Source: an uncultured Chloroflexia bacterium
GTDB lineage: Bacteria; Chloroflexota; Anaerolineae; JAAYZQ01
Direction: 5' to 3'
Length of the DNA: 64,000 bases
Assembly: GCA_963700285.1 (NCBI GenBank)
Contig: CAVOXA010000007.1
Location: 32,001 to 96,000, forward strand
Shown: positions 21,340 through 31,931 of the stretch, piece after piece
Position numbering within the stretch: the first letter of the stretch is position 1
Layout of the letters: every line of letters begins with the position of its first letter
The notes under the pieces: generated by a model
The model's input: only the letters and a program-made list of their open reading frames with translations
Database searches by the model: none
What the model was told of the DNA's origin: nothing
Made by a program: the position numbers and the translations under genes

Positions 21340-21813
21340 ATGCACTATATTGCTGGAGTACTGCTCCTCGTCCAATTCGCACTGATGTGGATCCTGGACA
21401 AGACCTTTGCCCTCAAAGGTCTCGACTATGTTGCCATGGCTACCTGGCTCGTCGCCATGGCCTTGATCTTTTTACCCATTCTCACGTTGCGTAGAAAGGG
21501 CCGGGTGCCGCCAGACCAAAGCTTTGTCAACACGGAAGCACTTGTGGAAACCGGCATCTATGCTGTCGTCCGGCATCCCCTGTACCTGGGCTGGATACTG
21601 ATGTACCTCGTCGTCTTTCTGTTCAATCCAAATTGGATACTCGCGGGCATAGGCCTCCTGGGCGCAGCCCTCGTCTATGGGTTCACAGTGCAGGAAGAGC
21701 AGCTCCTCATCGCCAAGTACGGTGAATCGTACGAGCGCTACATGCAGAGGGTGCCCAGGGTCAATCTCCTGGCAGGAATCATCCGGCTGCTTGCAGGTCG
21801 AAGAAGAAGCTGA
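21340..21813 (+). CDS. Isoprenylcysteine carboxyl methyltransferase (ICMT/PEMT) family membrane protein
   Basis: GIYAVVRHPLYLG, EEQLL..KYGESYERYMQRVPR. Confidence 0.88.
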   Translation: MHYIAGVLLLVQFALMWILDKTFALKGLDYVAMATWLVAMALIFLPILTLRRKGRVPPDQSFVNTEALVETGIYAVVRHPLYLGWILMYLVVFLFNPNWILAGIGLLGAALVYGFTVQEEQLLIAKYGESYERYMQRVPRVNLLAGIIRLLAGRRRS

Positions 21814-21822
21814 GAAGGTGAG

Positions 21823-22398
21823 GTGGGGCCACTCATGTGGGCGCCCATCATCTGTGCAGGGATCTGGTTTGGCTTCATCCTGTATTGGGTGACTGGCTCA
21901 ATTCCAAAGGACAGGATCTACGAAATCTACGCCGGCTCTGGCATAGGCATCTGTCTGACATTGCTGCTCTTCGGCCTCTTCGGGTGGTACCCGCCTCGCG
22001 ACGATAGACCGCTGCTGCAAGCTCTGCAGGTAGCTGGAACCGTGCTCTACTGGGCCAGTTCTGTCTTGGTTCTGCTCTCAATCCTTGCGCTTGCGCGCAG
22101 TGGCAAGCCTGAGGGCTTTTTCGAGCGCACCACCGTTCTCATCGACGGTGGTCTCTTTGGCGTGATCCGGCATCCCCTCTATCTGGGAGTGGCCCTTTGG
22201 AGTGTTGGACTGGTACTGCAGATACAACTGCTTCTGCCTGCGGCGCTGGGCATAGCCGCCTTCGGTTGTTCCTGGGTGGCCTCCAAGAAGGAGGATGAGT
22301 TCAACTTCGAGAAATTCGGAGAAGGCTACAAAGAGTACATGAACACGGTTCCTGCGTGGAACGTGCTGAAAGGGCTAGGTAGAAGACTCCTGGGCTAG
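21823..22398 (+). CDS. ICMT/PEMT family membrane protein
   Basis: GLFGVIRHPLYLG, EDEFN..KFGEGYKEYMNTVP. Confidence 0.85.
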   Translation: MGPLMWAPIICAGIWFGFILYWVTGSIPKDRIYEIYAGSGIGICLTLLLFGLFGWYPPRDDRPLLQALQVAGTVLYWASSVLVLLSILALARSGKPEGFFERTTVLIDGGLFGVIRHPLYLGVALWSVGLVLQIQLLLPAALGIAAFGCSWVASKKEDEFNFEKFGEGYKEYMNTVPAWNVLKGLGRRLLG

Positions 22399-22817
22399 CG
22401 GTACACGTACACGATCGTGTATTCGGCGTTCTCCGCCTCGACGGCTGTGACGCGATAGCTGGCTTCGCCAGAGCTGTCGACGGCCATGGACCCGCTGCCG
22501 CTGACCGCCTCGCCGTCGCGCGCCTCCAGCGTGAGCGTTACCTCGCCGTCCTCGCCCAGCAGCTCGATCTTGAAGCCGCCCTTCTCCACCGACAAGGTCA
22601 CGTCGGCGTCCAGCCAGCCGCCTGGATTGGGCAGGTCCTCGAGCTGCCGGGTCGCCGTCCCGTTCGCCTTCCTGGCGCCGGCCTGCTCCTGACCGCCGTT
22701 CATATCCCGGTGGCTGGACGTGCTGCTGCCGGTTTGGTTGTAGCTCTGGCAGGCGACCAGTGCCAGGAGCAGCAAGAGCAGGATACTCAGAGGGGCCAGT
22801 CTCTGGATCTTGTGCAT
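22395..22817 (-). CDS. Hypothetical lipoprotein
   Basis: Lipobox LALVAC; SD AAGGAGG. Confidence 0.75.
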   Translation of the reverse strand: MHKIQRLAPLSILLLLLLALVACQSYNQTGSSTSSHRDMNGGQEQAGARKANGTATRQLEDLPNPGGWLDADVTLSVEKGGFKIELLGEDGEVTLTLEARDGEAVSGSGSMAVDSSGEASYRVTAVEAENAEYTIVYVYR

Positions 22818-22864
22818 CGTTACCTCCTTGTGCGTGGAACCGGATGGAGCTTGTGGGTTCGTGG

Positions 22865-25030
22865 TTATGGGGAGCTACGTGACAGGAGCGGCAGGTAGGC
22901 CCGGTGTTGGGGCACTTGCTGGCTCACCGGCACGGCCTGCGCTGCGGTGGCGGTCAGCCCGCCGCTGTCGCGCACCTCTAAGCGCACCGTGTAGGTACCG
23001 GCGGTGGCGAAAGTGTTGCTGGCGGTTGTGGCCGTCGACCAGCTGACTTCAAAGATGCCGTCGTCGTCCCAGTCCCAGCGCACCTCGGCGGGTGTCCCGT
23101 CCTCGGCGTCGGTGGAGCCAGAGGCATCAAAGGCAAAGATGGTGCTGGTGTCGCCGCTGGGCGGCATCACGGTGAAGGAGGCGACGGGTGGCGTGTTGGC
23201 GCTGGCCGGCTCCACCGTGACCTGCCGGGTCGCCTCCGCCATTTGCTCAAAGCTGTCCTGGACCTGCAACCGGACCGTGTAGGTACCAGGCGCGGCAAAG
23301 GCGTGGGTGGCCGCGGCCTCAGCACTCCAGGCCGTGTCGTATGTGCCGTCATCCTGCCAGTCCCAGCGGACCTCCAGGGCGCCGCCTTCCGGATCGCTGC
23401 TGCTTGCGGCATTAAAGTGGAAAGGGGTGTTGGTGTCCCCGCCGGAAGGGTCGACGGAGAAGGCTGCGCTGGGTGGGGCGTTGCGGACCGTCACCTGCCC
23501 GGTTGTCTCGTCCGAGGCCCCATGCCCATCCGTCACCTGCAAGCGGACCAGAAAGATGCTCAGGCCCTGCCACGAGGCCAGGGCAAAGCGATGGCCGGCG
23601 GTGCGGTCGTGGCTCCACGTCGTGTCCCACGTGCCGTCGTTCTGCCAGTCCCAGCGGACCTGTAGCTGCGCAGGCGCGTCGGTCGCATCGCTGCTGGCTG
23701 AGGCGTCGAATTGGAACAGCGTGGTGCTGGGCCCGTCTGAAGGCGTGACGCCGAAAAGGGCCCGGGGCCGGGTGTTGCCCACGATGCGGGCGTGGACTTG
23801 TGCAGGACCGGACTCAAAGGCCACCAGGTGGTTGATGGCCCCGCCGGCCACTGCGACCGCTTGGGACGAGGTTGCGATCTCGACCGCGTCGCTCGTGGCG
23901 CCATTGGGCATGACCTCGCGAGCGTGAGCCGCGCTGTGGAAGAGTGGCTCCTTGGACCAAGAGACCAAGTAGTGGGGGTCCTCCAAGGGCAAGTTGGTCA
24001 CACCACAGGCCACATCGAGAGGGCGGTAGCCGGCCCACCAATCATAGTGCACGAGCTCCTTCACCTGGCCCGGGTTCCCGTCGCCATCGACGAACCGCGC
24101 ATAGAGGCCGTCCTTCAAGCCCTGGATCGAGTGCCAGGCCACCAGGTACTGGTCTGACGTATGGCAGGCCGCCACGGAGGCTTCCGCTTCCTCGTCAGGC
24201 CAGTTGGCGATGGGGAACTCGCCCCCGCCTAGCTTGGCGCCGCTGCCGGCCAGGCGCACGCCGTAGACGTTGTCGTTCACCTTGGGCTTGTCATCGCAGG
24301 TGACCAGGTACTCGTTGCGGTGCAGGTTATAGGCGACGTCGGGGTTCTGCCGGAAGTCGGTGTTGTGGGCGGTGACCACAAAGGCGCCGGCGGCAAAGCC
24401 GCTGCCGTCGGCTTCCACCCTGCGCCCGGCGATCACGGTGCGCGGGGGCTGGGCGCTTTCTGTGGCCCAGACGACCAGGTACTCATCGGCGGTGTAGCCG
24501 TAGGCCAGGGCATGGACCGAGGTGGCAGCCGGCTTGGTGGCGTCGATGGCAAAGGCGGCCAGCGCTGGGTTCGGGCCATCCCACTGGATGAAGCGTCCGT
24601 ATAGGTCAAAGACGGTGCCGCTGAGCCTGCCCCACAGGACCAGATAGCGGTTGCGCCGGGAGTCATAGGCGATCTTGGGCGGGCTGACGCCGTAGGTGGC
24701 GCTGGGCGCGATCTGGAATATGCCGCCCACCGGCTCACCGCGGCCTGTCACCCGCCTGCCCCAGATGCTCTTGGCGCCGCTCCAGACGACCAGGTACTCG
24801 TCGTACTGGGTGTTGTAGGCCGCGTCGGGCCGCTCGGCCTCGGCACTCTCGGCTGAAACCCGGACGTCGGGGCTAATCGGGGGGACCCAGCCAGGTGCGG
24901 CGGCTGCGGGGGGGTAGGTGGTGGTGCCAGCGACGGGAGCGGGGGCCAGGGCCTGGCCAGCGCCGCCGTTCAGGATCAGCACCAGAACGGTGGCCAAGAT
25001 AACGACGACCCACCTGTCTTTGGCGACCAT
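22865..25030 (-). CDS. Secreted protein with repeat-rich N-domain and three PKD domains
   Basis: Signal peptide; three FDASxSxD...VRWDWxDDG...VRLxV PKD units; C-terminal AYLPLLSR. Confidence 0.85.
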   Translation of the reverse strand: MVAKDRWVVVILATVLVLILNGGAGQALAPAPVAGTTTYPPAAAAPGWVPPISPDVRVSAESAEAERPDAAYNTQYDEYLVVWSGAKSIWGRRVTGRGEPVGGIFQIAPSATYGVSPPKIAYDSRRNRYLVLWGRLSGTVFDLYGRFIQWDGPNPALAAFAIDATKPAATSVHALAYGYTADEYLVVWATESAQPPRTVIAGRRVEADGSGFAAGAFVVTAHNTDFRQNPDVAYNLHRNEYLVTCDDKPKVNDNVYGVRLAGSGAKLGGGEFPIANWPDEEAEASVAACHTSDQYLVAWHSIQGLKDGLYARFVDGDGNPGQVKELVHYDWWAGYRPLDVACGVTNLPLEDPHYLVSWSKEPLFHSAAHAREVMPNGATSDAVEIATSSQAVAVAGGAINHLVAFESGPAQVHARIVGNTRPRALFGVTPSDGPSTTLFQFDASASSDATDAPAQLQVRWDWQNDGTWDTTWSHDRTAGHRFALASWQGLSIFLVRLQVTDGHGASDETTGQVTVRNAPPSAAFSVDPSGGDTNTPFHFNAASSSDPEGGALEVRWDWQDDGTYDTAWSAEAAATHAFAAPGTYTVRLQVQDSFEQMAEATRQVTVEPASANTPPVASFTVMPPSGDTSTIFAFDASGSTDAEDGTPAEVRWDWDDDGIFEVSWSTATTASNTFATAGTYTVRLEVRDSGGLTATAAQAVPVSQQVPQHRAYLPLLSRSSP

Positions 25031-25202
25031 GCTCCCCCTCCTCAGGTCAGACAACTGTGCCTGGGGCTATTATAGCAGAGTTTGTGGGAAGGTACAAGAC
25101 GCTGGCGTGGGAGGCAATCGGTGCAGAACCGAGGCCACGAACGGGGAAAAGTGACTCTGGCAGGCTCGCTTGCGCTTGAGCCACCCTGACAGTATGTAGG
25201 GC

Positions 25203-25985
25203 CTAGTCAAAGTCTGTCCCAGTGCTGCGGGACCCCGCTAGCTGCCTCAGCGTGAGTCCCAGCAGCTCGTTGTTCTTTCTCAACTCCTGCAGGACCTGCT
25301 CCTGCACGCCCAAAACCATATCCAGGCGCAGATCGGCGTCCCTTTCGTCATCGACAGCCAACCTTACAGTGGCAGCGTCCCCAGTCAAGAGGGCAAACGG
25401 TACCTGGGGTGATTGCTCGTCGAGTCGCGCCTGAACCGCTGCCTTTTCAGTGATTGTCAGGCCTGGGAGTTGGCTGATTGGCTTGCCTGCGTATGCGCCC
25501 TGCCGGTCAGCCGCCAGATCCGACAGACGAAGCCCGGCCTTGGCCATCAAACCCCAGCGTTTGGTCAGTCCCAAGTCAATGGCTGCGTAGTAGAAGGCGT
25601 TGATGATCTGCTGATTGGTGTATTGTGGCGGTTCCTCTCCGTCCAGGCGCTCGCAGAATGCTTTGAAGGCGTCGAAGGCTGGTTTCCGAGCCGTGAGGGT
25701 CGGGTCCCCAGGCCGGTACAGGCCATAGAACCAATCCCCTCCGGTGACCGAGAAATCTTGGGTGCAGAACCAGAACACCAAGCCAACCAACGGATCCTTG
25801 TAGATCGTCTCCAATCCGACCTGCAGGCTGCTGGCCTGGAACTCCTCACGGCGCTGCACCTCGCCGGGATCGATCCGGCTATTCCATCCCACTTCCGACA
25901 CGTAAAGGGGCTTGTCCTTTCCCTCCTCCTGGCGGATGACCTGGTGCATGGCGCTCAGATATTCGCCGCAGACCGTGCGGACCGC
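25203..25985 (-). pseudogene. 3' part of a clan-A glycoside hydrolase-like gene, cut by the IS3 element
   Basis: PLYVSEVGW nucleophile-like motif, VFWF, YGLY, RKPAFDAF; abuts the IS left end. Confidence 0.55.
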
Positions 25986-25991
25986 CCCGTA

Positions 25992-27378
25992 TGTGCTAAT
26001 GTGAGTGAGACAACTCCTCTCAAGAGTTTAGGGTATAATGGAACGAGCAGAGGAGAGTGAGTGATGTCTCGAAACGGAGATGAGCGAACAGAGATGCCGG
26101 ATCCGGAAGTGGTGCCGATGGCCGAGCGACGGCGGTTCACGGCCGAGGAGAAGCTGCGCATCGTGGAGGAAGCCGACGCCTGCACTGAGCCGGGCGAGAT
26201 CGGTGCCTTGCTGCGGCGTGAGGGGATATACTCGCTCGTACCTGAGCCGGTGGCGCCAGGCCCGAGACCGGGGCCAGTTGACGGCGCTGGGTCCGCAGCA
26301 GCGAGGGCCGAAGCCGGCGACAGATGCGGCACTGGCCAGGGAAGTGGCCAGGCTGCAGCGGGAGAACGAGCGGCTGCAGACGCGCCTGGACCAGGCGGAA
26401 ACAATCATCGAGGTCCAAAAAAAACTCTCGCAGCTACTTGGGCTGAGTCCCGAGGAGAACGAGAGCAACGGGAAGTGATGATCGGCATGGCGGAAGAGCT
26501 GGGGGAAACGGTGGGCGTGTCGGAGGCTTGTCGCGCTTGGGAGTTCCGACGGAGCAGCCTGTACCGAGCTCGGAAGCCCAAGCCAGCCTCCTCGCCGCGA
26601 CCGACGCCGCCGCGGGCCTTGGGCGCGGCGGAGAAGGCGGAGGTGCGTGCCGTGCTCAACAGCGAGCGGTTCTGGGACTGCGCACCGCGAGAGGTGTATG
26701 CCACCTTGTTGGACGAAGGCGAGTATCTGTGCCATTGGCGAACGATGTATCGCATCCTGGAAGAGCACGACGAGGTGCACGAGCGACGGAATCAGCGTCG
26801 CCATCCAGTCTCTGTCAAGCCGGAACTGCGTGCAACAGGGCCAAATCAGCTTTGGAGCTGGGATATCACCCAATTGAGAGGGCCCAAAGGCGTCCACTAC
26901 TATCTCTACGTGATTCTGGATGTGTTCAGCCGCTTCGTTCCGGGCTGGATGATCGCCGAGCGGGAATTGGCCAGGCTGGCTGAGCAGCTGATCGCTGAGA
27001 CGTGCGCCAAGCAGGGGATCCCGAGGGATCAACTGGTGCTGCACTCCGACCGAGGGAGCGCGATGCGGTCGAAGACGGTGGCCCAGTTGCTGATCGACCT
27101 GGGGGTGGCCAAGAGCCACTCTCGGCCCTACACGCCGACAGATAACCCCTACTCGGAATCGCAGTTCAAGACGATGAAGTACCGACCCGAGTATCCCGAG
27201 CGATTCGACGGGCAGGAAGAAGCACGAGGTTGGGCACGGAGGTTCTTCCACTGGTACAATCACGAACACCATCACAGTGGCTTGGGGCTGATGACCCCGG
27301 CGGCGGTGCACTACGGCCTGGCAGAAATGGTCTACGAGCAACGTCGCCAAGTCCTGGCGGCAGCCTACGCGGCTCATC
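25992..27378 (+). mobile_element. IS3-family insertion sequence (orfA/orfB), right end missing
   Basis: TG-starting end tgtgctaatgtgagtgagaca; orfA RRRFTAEEKLRIV..(shift near 26235)..IIEVQKKL with A8 run 26417-26424; orfB DDE motifs WSWDIT, LHSDRG, NPYSESQFKT; transposase homology stops at YAAH. Confidence 0.9.
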
Positions 27379-27791
27379 TTCTGCTATTGCTTCGCTGTGA
27401 ACCCGACTCGTGCTGCCATTGCTGCGGACGGGATTGTAGGGTGCCTCTGGGATTGCGGCCTGGACCTGACTGCAGCTGTCCTTGCGTTCATAGCCTGTGC
27501 TCATCGTATGCCTCCATCCTTCAGGCTAGGAATGGAACTGGCCATCGCGGATCGAGAAAGCCAAAAGCCGCCGGCTCACCCGCCCAGGCAGGTTGGCGCG
27601 AACGGCTTGTTTCTAAGAGGGTATCCTGAAAGCAGACCGGTCGCGTCGGTCTGATCACTGGCTGGGTTGACCCTGCATCACTGGGCCCTTCTCATCTTTA
27701 ACCATTATAACCGCAAACTGGTTGGAAATCAAGGTTCCCTGTCTGCCGTCAGTGCCCGTGCCGAGTTCGAGGCCAGCCTGCAAGTCACCAC

Positions 27792-28583
27792 ATCGTGGCC
27801 AAGCGACTGCCAACACCCTTGCCAAGCAACTGCAACCATCGCCCAGAACGGTACTGCGAGGGGTCGTTCGTGGACACTGTGCACATGAACCATCCAGCAA
27901 TAACCTCGTTCCTACGGTCAGCCGCCGCGCCGATTCTGGCCAATGGGCGAACTGAATCGGCTTGCGCCCTTGACAGGCCGTCCATCCTCGTGAGTACTGC
28001 AGGTGGACGTACAGCGACAGGGAGTGCATGGGGCACTTTGTAATGGCCCAATGGGTGAGGCGGTGTCAAGGTGAGAGGTCATCGCCGAGGGACAATCCCC
28101 CAAGGAGATGGAAATCGTTCTTCTTGCGTTTGACGGAGCGTTCGGCACAGGAGCGGGCGTCTTTGTGGAGGTTCCAGAGGACGCTATTAGGATCGTGGCC
28201 AAGCGACTGCCAACACCCTTGCCAAGCAACTGCAGCATCGCCCAGAACGGCACTGCGAGGGGTCGTTCGTGGACACTGTGCACATGAACCATCCAGCAAT
28301 AACCTCGTTCCTACGGTCGGCCGCCGCGCCGATTCTGGCCAATGGGCGAACTGAATCGGCTTGCGCCCTTGACAGGCCGTCCATCCTCGTGATACTGCAG
28401 GTGGACGTACAGCGACAGGGAGTGCATGGGGCACTTTGTAATGGCCCAATGGGTGAGGCGGTGTCAAGGTGAGAGGTCATCGCCGAGGGACAATCCCCCA
28501 AGGAGATGGAAATCGTTCTTCTTGCGTTTGACGGAGCGTTCGGCACAGGAGCGGGCGTCTTTGTGGAGGTTCCAGAGGACGCT
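27792..28583. repeat. Near-identical ~394-bp tandem duplication of a transposase 3' end
   Basis: 27792-28185 and 28192-28583 differ by only a few substitutions and indels. Confidence 0.9.
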
Positions 28584-28910
28584 TCTCGGGGATGAGAGTA
28601 TGGAGGCGATAGTTCTCCTTGGGATAGGTGTAGAGGACGCGGCCGTAGGCAGAGTCAGAACAGTCCTTGGCGAAGTGAGGACAAGAGGTGATGTCCGGGG
28701 CTTTCTTGGCGGCGGCCAAGGGGCAGCGCCATTTGAGACGCAAGCGGTCGGGGCAGAAGCTCCAGCGCTTCATGGACAAGCCGGCCGGGCAGATGGGGAT
28801 ACCTTTTTCGAGCCGCAAGGGACCGGCATAGGGCAGGTTGGGCTTGTTGCGTTCGTTGAGGGGTACAACAAAGGCCATATGCCAGCGCTGAGTAGCCAGG
28901 CGAAAGAGCC
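28477..28910 (-). pseudogene. DDE transposase C-terminal fragment
   Basis: PICPAGLSM..LKWRCP..YGRVLYT..(frameshift) LWNLHKDARSCAERSVKRKK, typical of IS4/IS5-like transposase C-termini. Confidence 0.65.
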
Positions 28911-29009
28911 CCAGGGCATCGAGGTAGTGCGTTTGCCAGAAATCCCCTGATGGTCATTTCTGATCTAGGGCACGTATGTGCCACATCCCAATGGTGAGAG
29001 GTGGAAGTC

Positions 29010-30070
29010 ATGAAGAGAGCATCCCTGATTCTGGTACTAAGTCTGCTCATGGTCCTGGCAGCGGTGCCTGTCGCTGCCCAAGACGCCAGTCCGGTGTGTG
29101 AGAAGGTCCGGTCAGCGCAGGACAGGATGGAATGGAACAGCCAGCCCTGGGTGAGCCTGCTCGAAGTGCAAGGTCGTGAAGGGTGTTGGCTGGGCGATAT
29201 TGATCTACAAGGTGCCAACCTGGAAGGCGTCAAGCTGCGCGGGGCCCACCTGATCGACGCCGACCTGACCGACGCCGACCTGACCGGCGCCAACCTTAGC
29301 GGTGCCAACCTGACCCGCGCCGACCTGACCGGCGCCGACCTGACCGGCGCCGACCTGTCCTTCGCCAGGCTGTACGGGGCCATACTTGGCGGCGCCGACC
29401 TGACCAACGCCAATCTGACCTGGGCCAACCTGAGGCAGGCCGAGCTGATGTGGGCCAACCTAGAAGGCGCCAACCTGTCCCACGCCTATCTGCGCAACGC
29501 CGACCTGAGGTTTGCCAACCTGACCTACGCCGACCTGACCAGCGCTGACCTTGTTCTCACCCAACTGATGGTGGCCAACCTGAGCAACGCCGTCCTGACC
29601 GGCGCCAACCTGACCGGCGCCGACCTGAGGTCTGCCAACCTGACCAACGCCAACCTGGAGTACGCCGACCTGCTCGGCGCCGACCTGCATTACGCCATCC
29701 TGACCGGCGCCGACCTGTCCTTCGCCAGGCTGTACGGGGCCATACTGGCGGCGCCGACCTGACCAACGCCATCCTGACCGGCGCCAACCTGACCGGCGCC
29801 AACCTGGGGTACGCCGACCTGACCGGCGCCAACCTGACCGGCGCCAACCTGAGGTACGCCGACCTGACCGGCGCCAACCTGACCGGCGCCGACCTGCTCG
29901 GCGCCGACCTGCGCGGCGCCCACCTGACCAACGCCAACCTGACCAACGCCAACCTGGAGTGGGCCGACCTGCGCGGCGCCGACCTTGACAACGCTAACCT
30001 GACCGGCGCCCGACCCTGGACACGCCAACCTGAAGCCAGCGTTATCTGGAACAACACGATTGCCCTGACG
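29010..30070 (+). pseudogene. Secreted pentapeptide-repeat protein, paralogue of 18844..19899, frameshifted near 29747 and noisy at the 3' end
   Basis: N-terminus nearly identical to the paralogue; catactggcg vs the earlier repeat catacttggcg (missing T); remnant C-cap atctggaacaacacgattgccctgacg. Confidence 0.8.
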
Positions 30071-30342
30071 CTGGGCACGAGAGCGACGGCACGAGGGCAG
30101 GCAGCTGACAGGGTAGCCTGAGCCACAACCGCCAAACAGCCAGACGCAACTCGGGGCGGAACTGCGCAGCTGGGCGAGCTGGCCGCGGCATCAACCAGCC
30201 GACCTGGAGCGAAGAACCGAGACAGCCACGGCCCTGGGAGAGAGAGGGGGAGAAGGAGCACAAAGCAGGCGCCAACGTGGGCAGCACCTCGAGGCGCCTG
30301 CAACTAGCGCCACTCAAAGAACCAGACGCGGCCCTTGGGCAC

Positions 30343-30711
30343 GAAGTGACGGCATTCTGGGCAGTACCACTGCCCGGGGGACGTCACGGACCAGCGACCG
30401 CTACGTGGGCAACGCGGGGGCTGACGAGGGACGCTCGAGCTTGCGGATCTGGCAGGAACCAAGCTGGCCGTCGAGGGCCTGACGGGCCCGGCACGAGCAG
30501 CTCTCGGGGGCCGATCCTGGCGGAGCTGGGCCTGACGGTGGGCGAGGCCGCGTGCCGGCTGGGCCGGAGTCGAGGACATCCGCGTGCTCTGTCGGTTTGG
30601 CCCGTCCAGGCTATCTTTCTCCGAGTTGGGCTAAGGAAAGCCGGAGGAATACGAGGGCCCGGCCTGGCGCATGGAGCGGCTCAAGGAGGTCTTTCCCCAG
30701 GAAGCCGGGGG
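30343..30711 (+). other. Noisy duplicate of the 5' part of the FAD oxidoreductase gene (about 16561-16847)
   Basis: 30650-30711 is identical to 16786-16847; upstream part aligns with many insertions. Confidence 0.8.
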
Positions 30712-30822
30712 CCTACAAGACGGCCAGAGCGATAGCGGACGCCAAGCAGGCCGAGTGGAGAGCAGACGAAGGGCAATCATCACTCGCTCGCGCTGGACCA
30801 GTCTTGTTTCCAGGTCTGGTGC

Positions 30823-31473
30823 TCAGTCCGTGAGACGGCTGTAGTAGGAGTGGCTGGTGTACAAGGCGGCGACGGGATTGTGGCCCAGGACCCGGTCCTT
30901 GGCGACCAGGACTGTCACCGGCGCCTTGGAGTGCATGAAGAACAGGCTGTCGTGGCCCACGCAGAGGCCGATGACGACGTTGAGCTGGCAGCCGGCCTTG
31001 TCCAGCAGCGCCGCCTGGCCCACGGGGCTGCACAGGCCCTCAAACTGCCCCGGGCGGATCTTGTCCTCATCCTTTAGGCCGATGGCTTCTTTGGGGATCG
31101 TGCCGACCTTACAGCAGGCGGTGTAAACCTCAAAACCCCCAGCCATAAAAATCTCGCGTGCCGCGCGGGCTTCACGCATGAGTCCCACGCAATGGGCGAT
31201 GCCCAGCCTGGTGGCACCGATGCGCCGGGCAAAATCCATGATCTCCTCGACGCGGGTACTCTCGCAGTAGCCGGCGGCTTCGGTACGGGCAGACTCGACT
31301 GCCAATTTCCTGACCTTCTCATCCTGGAGATAGACCTGCTCAACCCCGGCCAGCAACTCTTCCTCGTGCGGCACGGGGCAGAAGTCTGGGTGCTGCTTCT
31401 CGCCTGGCTCTGCGCTGCAGGCGCGCACGCCGCAGATGGCGCAGACAGGTCCGGTGTACTTGTCTTTGCTCAT
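30823..31473 (-). CDS. DUF1847 family Cys-rich metal-binding protein
   Basis: TRVEEIMDFA, AHCVGL, CCKVG, CSPVGQA, GLCVGHDSLF, KDRVLGHNP; SD AGGAGG. Confidence 0.9.
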   Translation of the reverse strand: MSKDKYTGPVCAICGVRACSAEPGEKQHPDFCPVPHEEELLAGVEQVYLQDEKVRKLAVESARTEAAGYCESTRVEEIMDFARRIGATRLGIAHCVGLMREARAAREIFMAGGFEVYTACCKVGTIPKEAIGLKDEDKIRPGQFEGLCSPVGQAALLDKAGCQLNVVIGLCVGHDSLFFMHSKAPVTVLVAKDRVLGHNPVAALYTSHSYYSRLTD

Positions 31474-31524
31474 GCTGTCCTCCTTGACGGTCCTTGTTTG
31501 GTGCTTCAGGGCATAGGCAAACCC

Positions 31525-31554
31525 ACTATAGCACCACCAGGCGCCTCTTGTCAA
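31525..31554 (-). promoter_or_regulatory. Sigma70 promoter for DUF1847 gene
   Basis: TTGACA-18bp-TATAGT on the minus strand. Confidence 0.55.
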
Positions 31555-31625
31555 TTGCTGGGCTCGATGTCTCAGCGCAGTCGCATGTCGCGTGATCATC
31601 CTCAGCCGGTCTTTTTGTGCTTTTT

Positions 31626-31653
31626 GTCACAGCTTTGTAACAGCCCGGTCACA
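31626..31653 (+). promoter_or_regulatory. OmpR/PhoB-type triple direct repeat (PHO-box-like)
   Basis: GTCACA 31626, GTAACA 31637, GTCACA 31648; 11-bp period. Confidence 0.7.
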
Positions 31654-31931
31654 GTGCCTGTTATCTTTTGCCAGTAAGCTGTGGGTAAAGCGCGATAGTC
31701 AGCAGGGCTGACACGGATTCGCAATGCCTGTCGCAGCTAATGCGGGTGTGTGATCGGCTGCTGGGCTCTTGTCGAATCCCGTCGGGCAAGCATGACCGCA
31801 TGTTGCGCCTAGGACATAGAAGTCATCGCCGTCAAGATCGGAGAGCTGAGGGGATTGACGGCGGCTTATCCCGAGGCTGGGCTCATCGTGATAGAGGGTA
31901 GCCCGACTACGGCGTCGGAACGAGGGAAGAC

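Noticed and set aside
26061-27629. Single intact 522-aa transposase
   Set aside because: Artefact of an extra base in orfA plus read-through into non-IS sequence after about 27378.
18844-30070. Diversity-generating retroelement (TR/VR pair)
   Set aside because: No reverse transcriptase in the window and the differences do not look adenine-specific.
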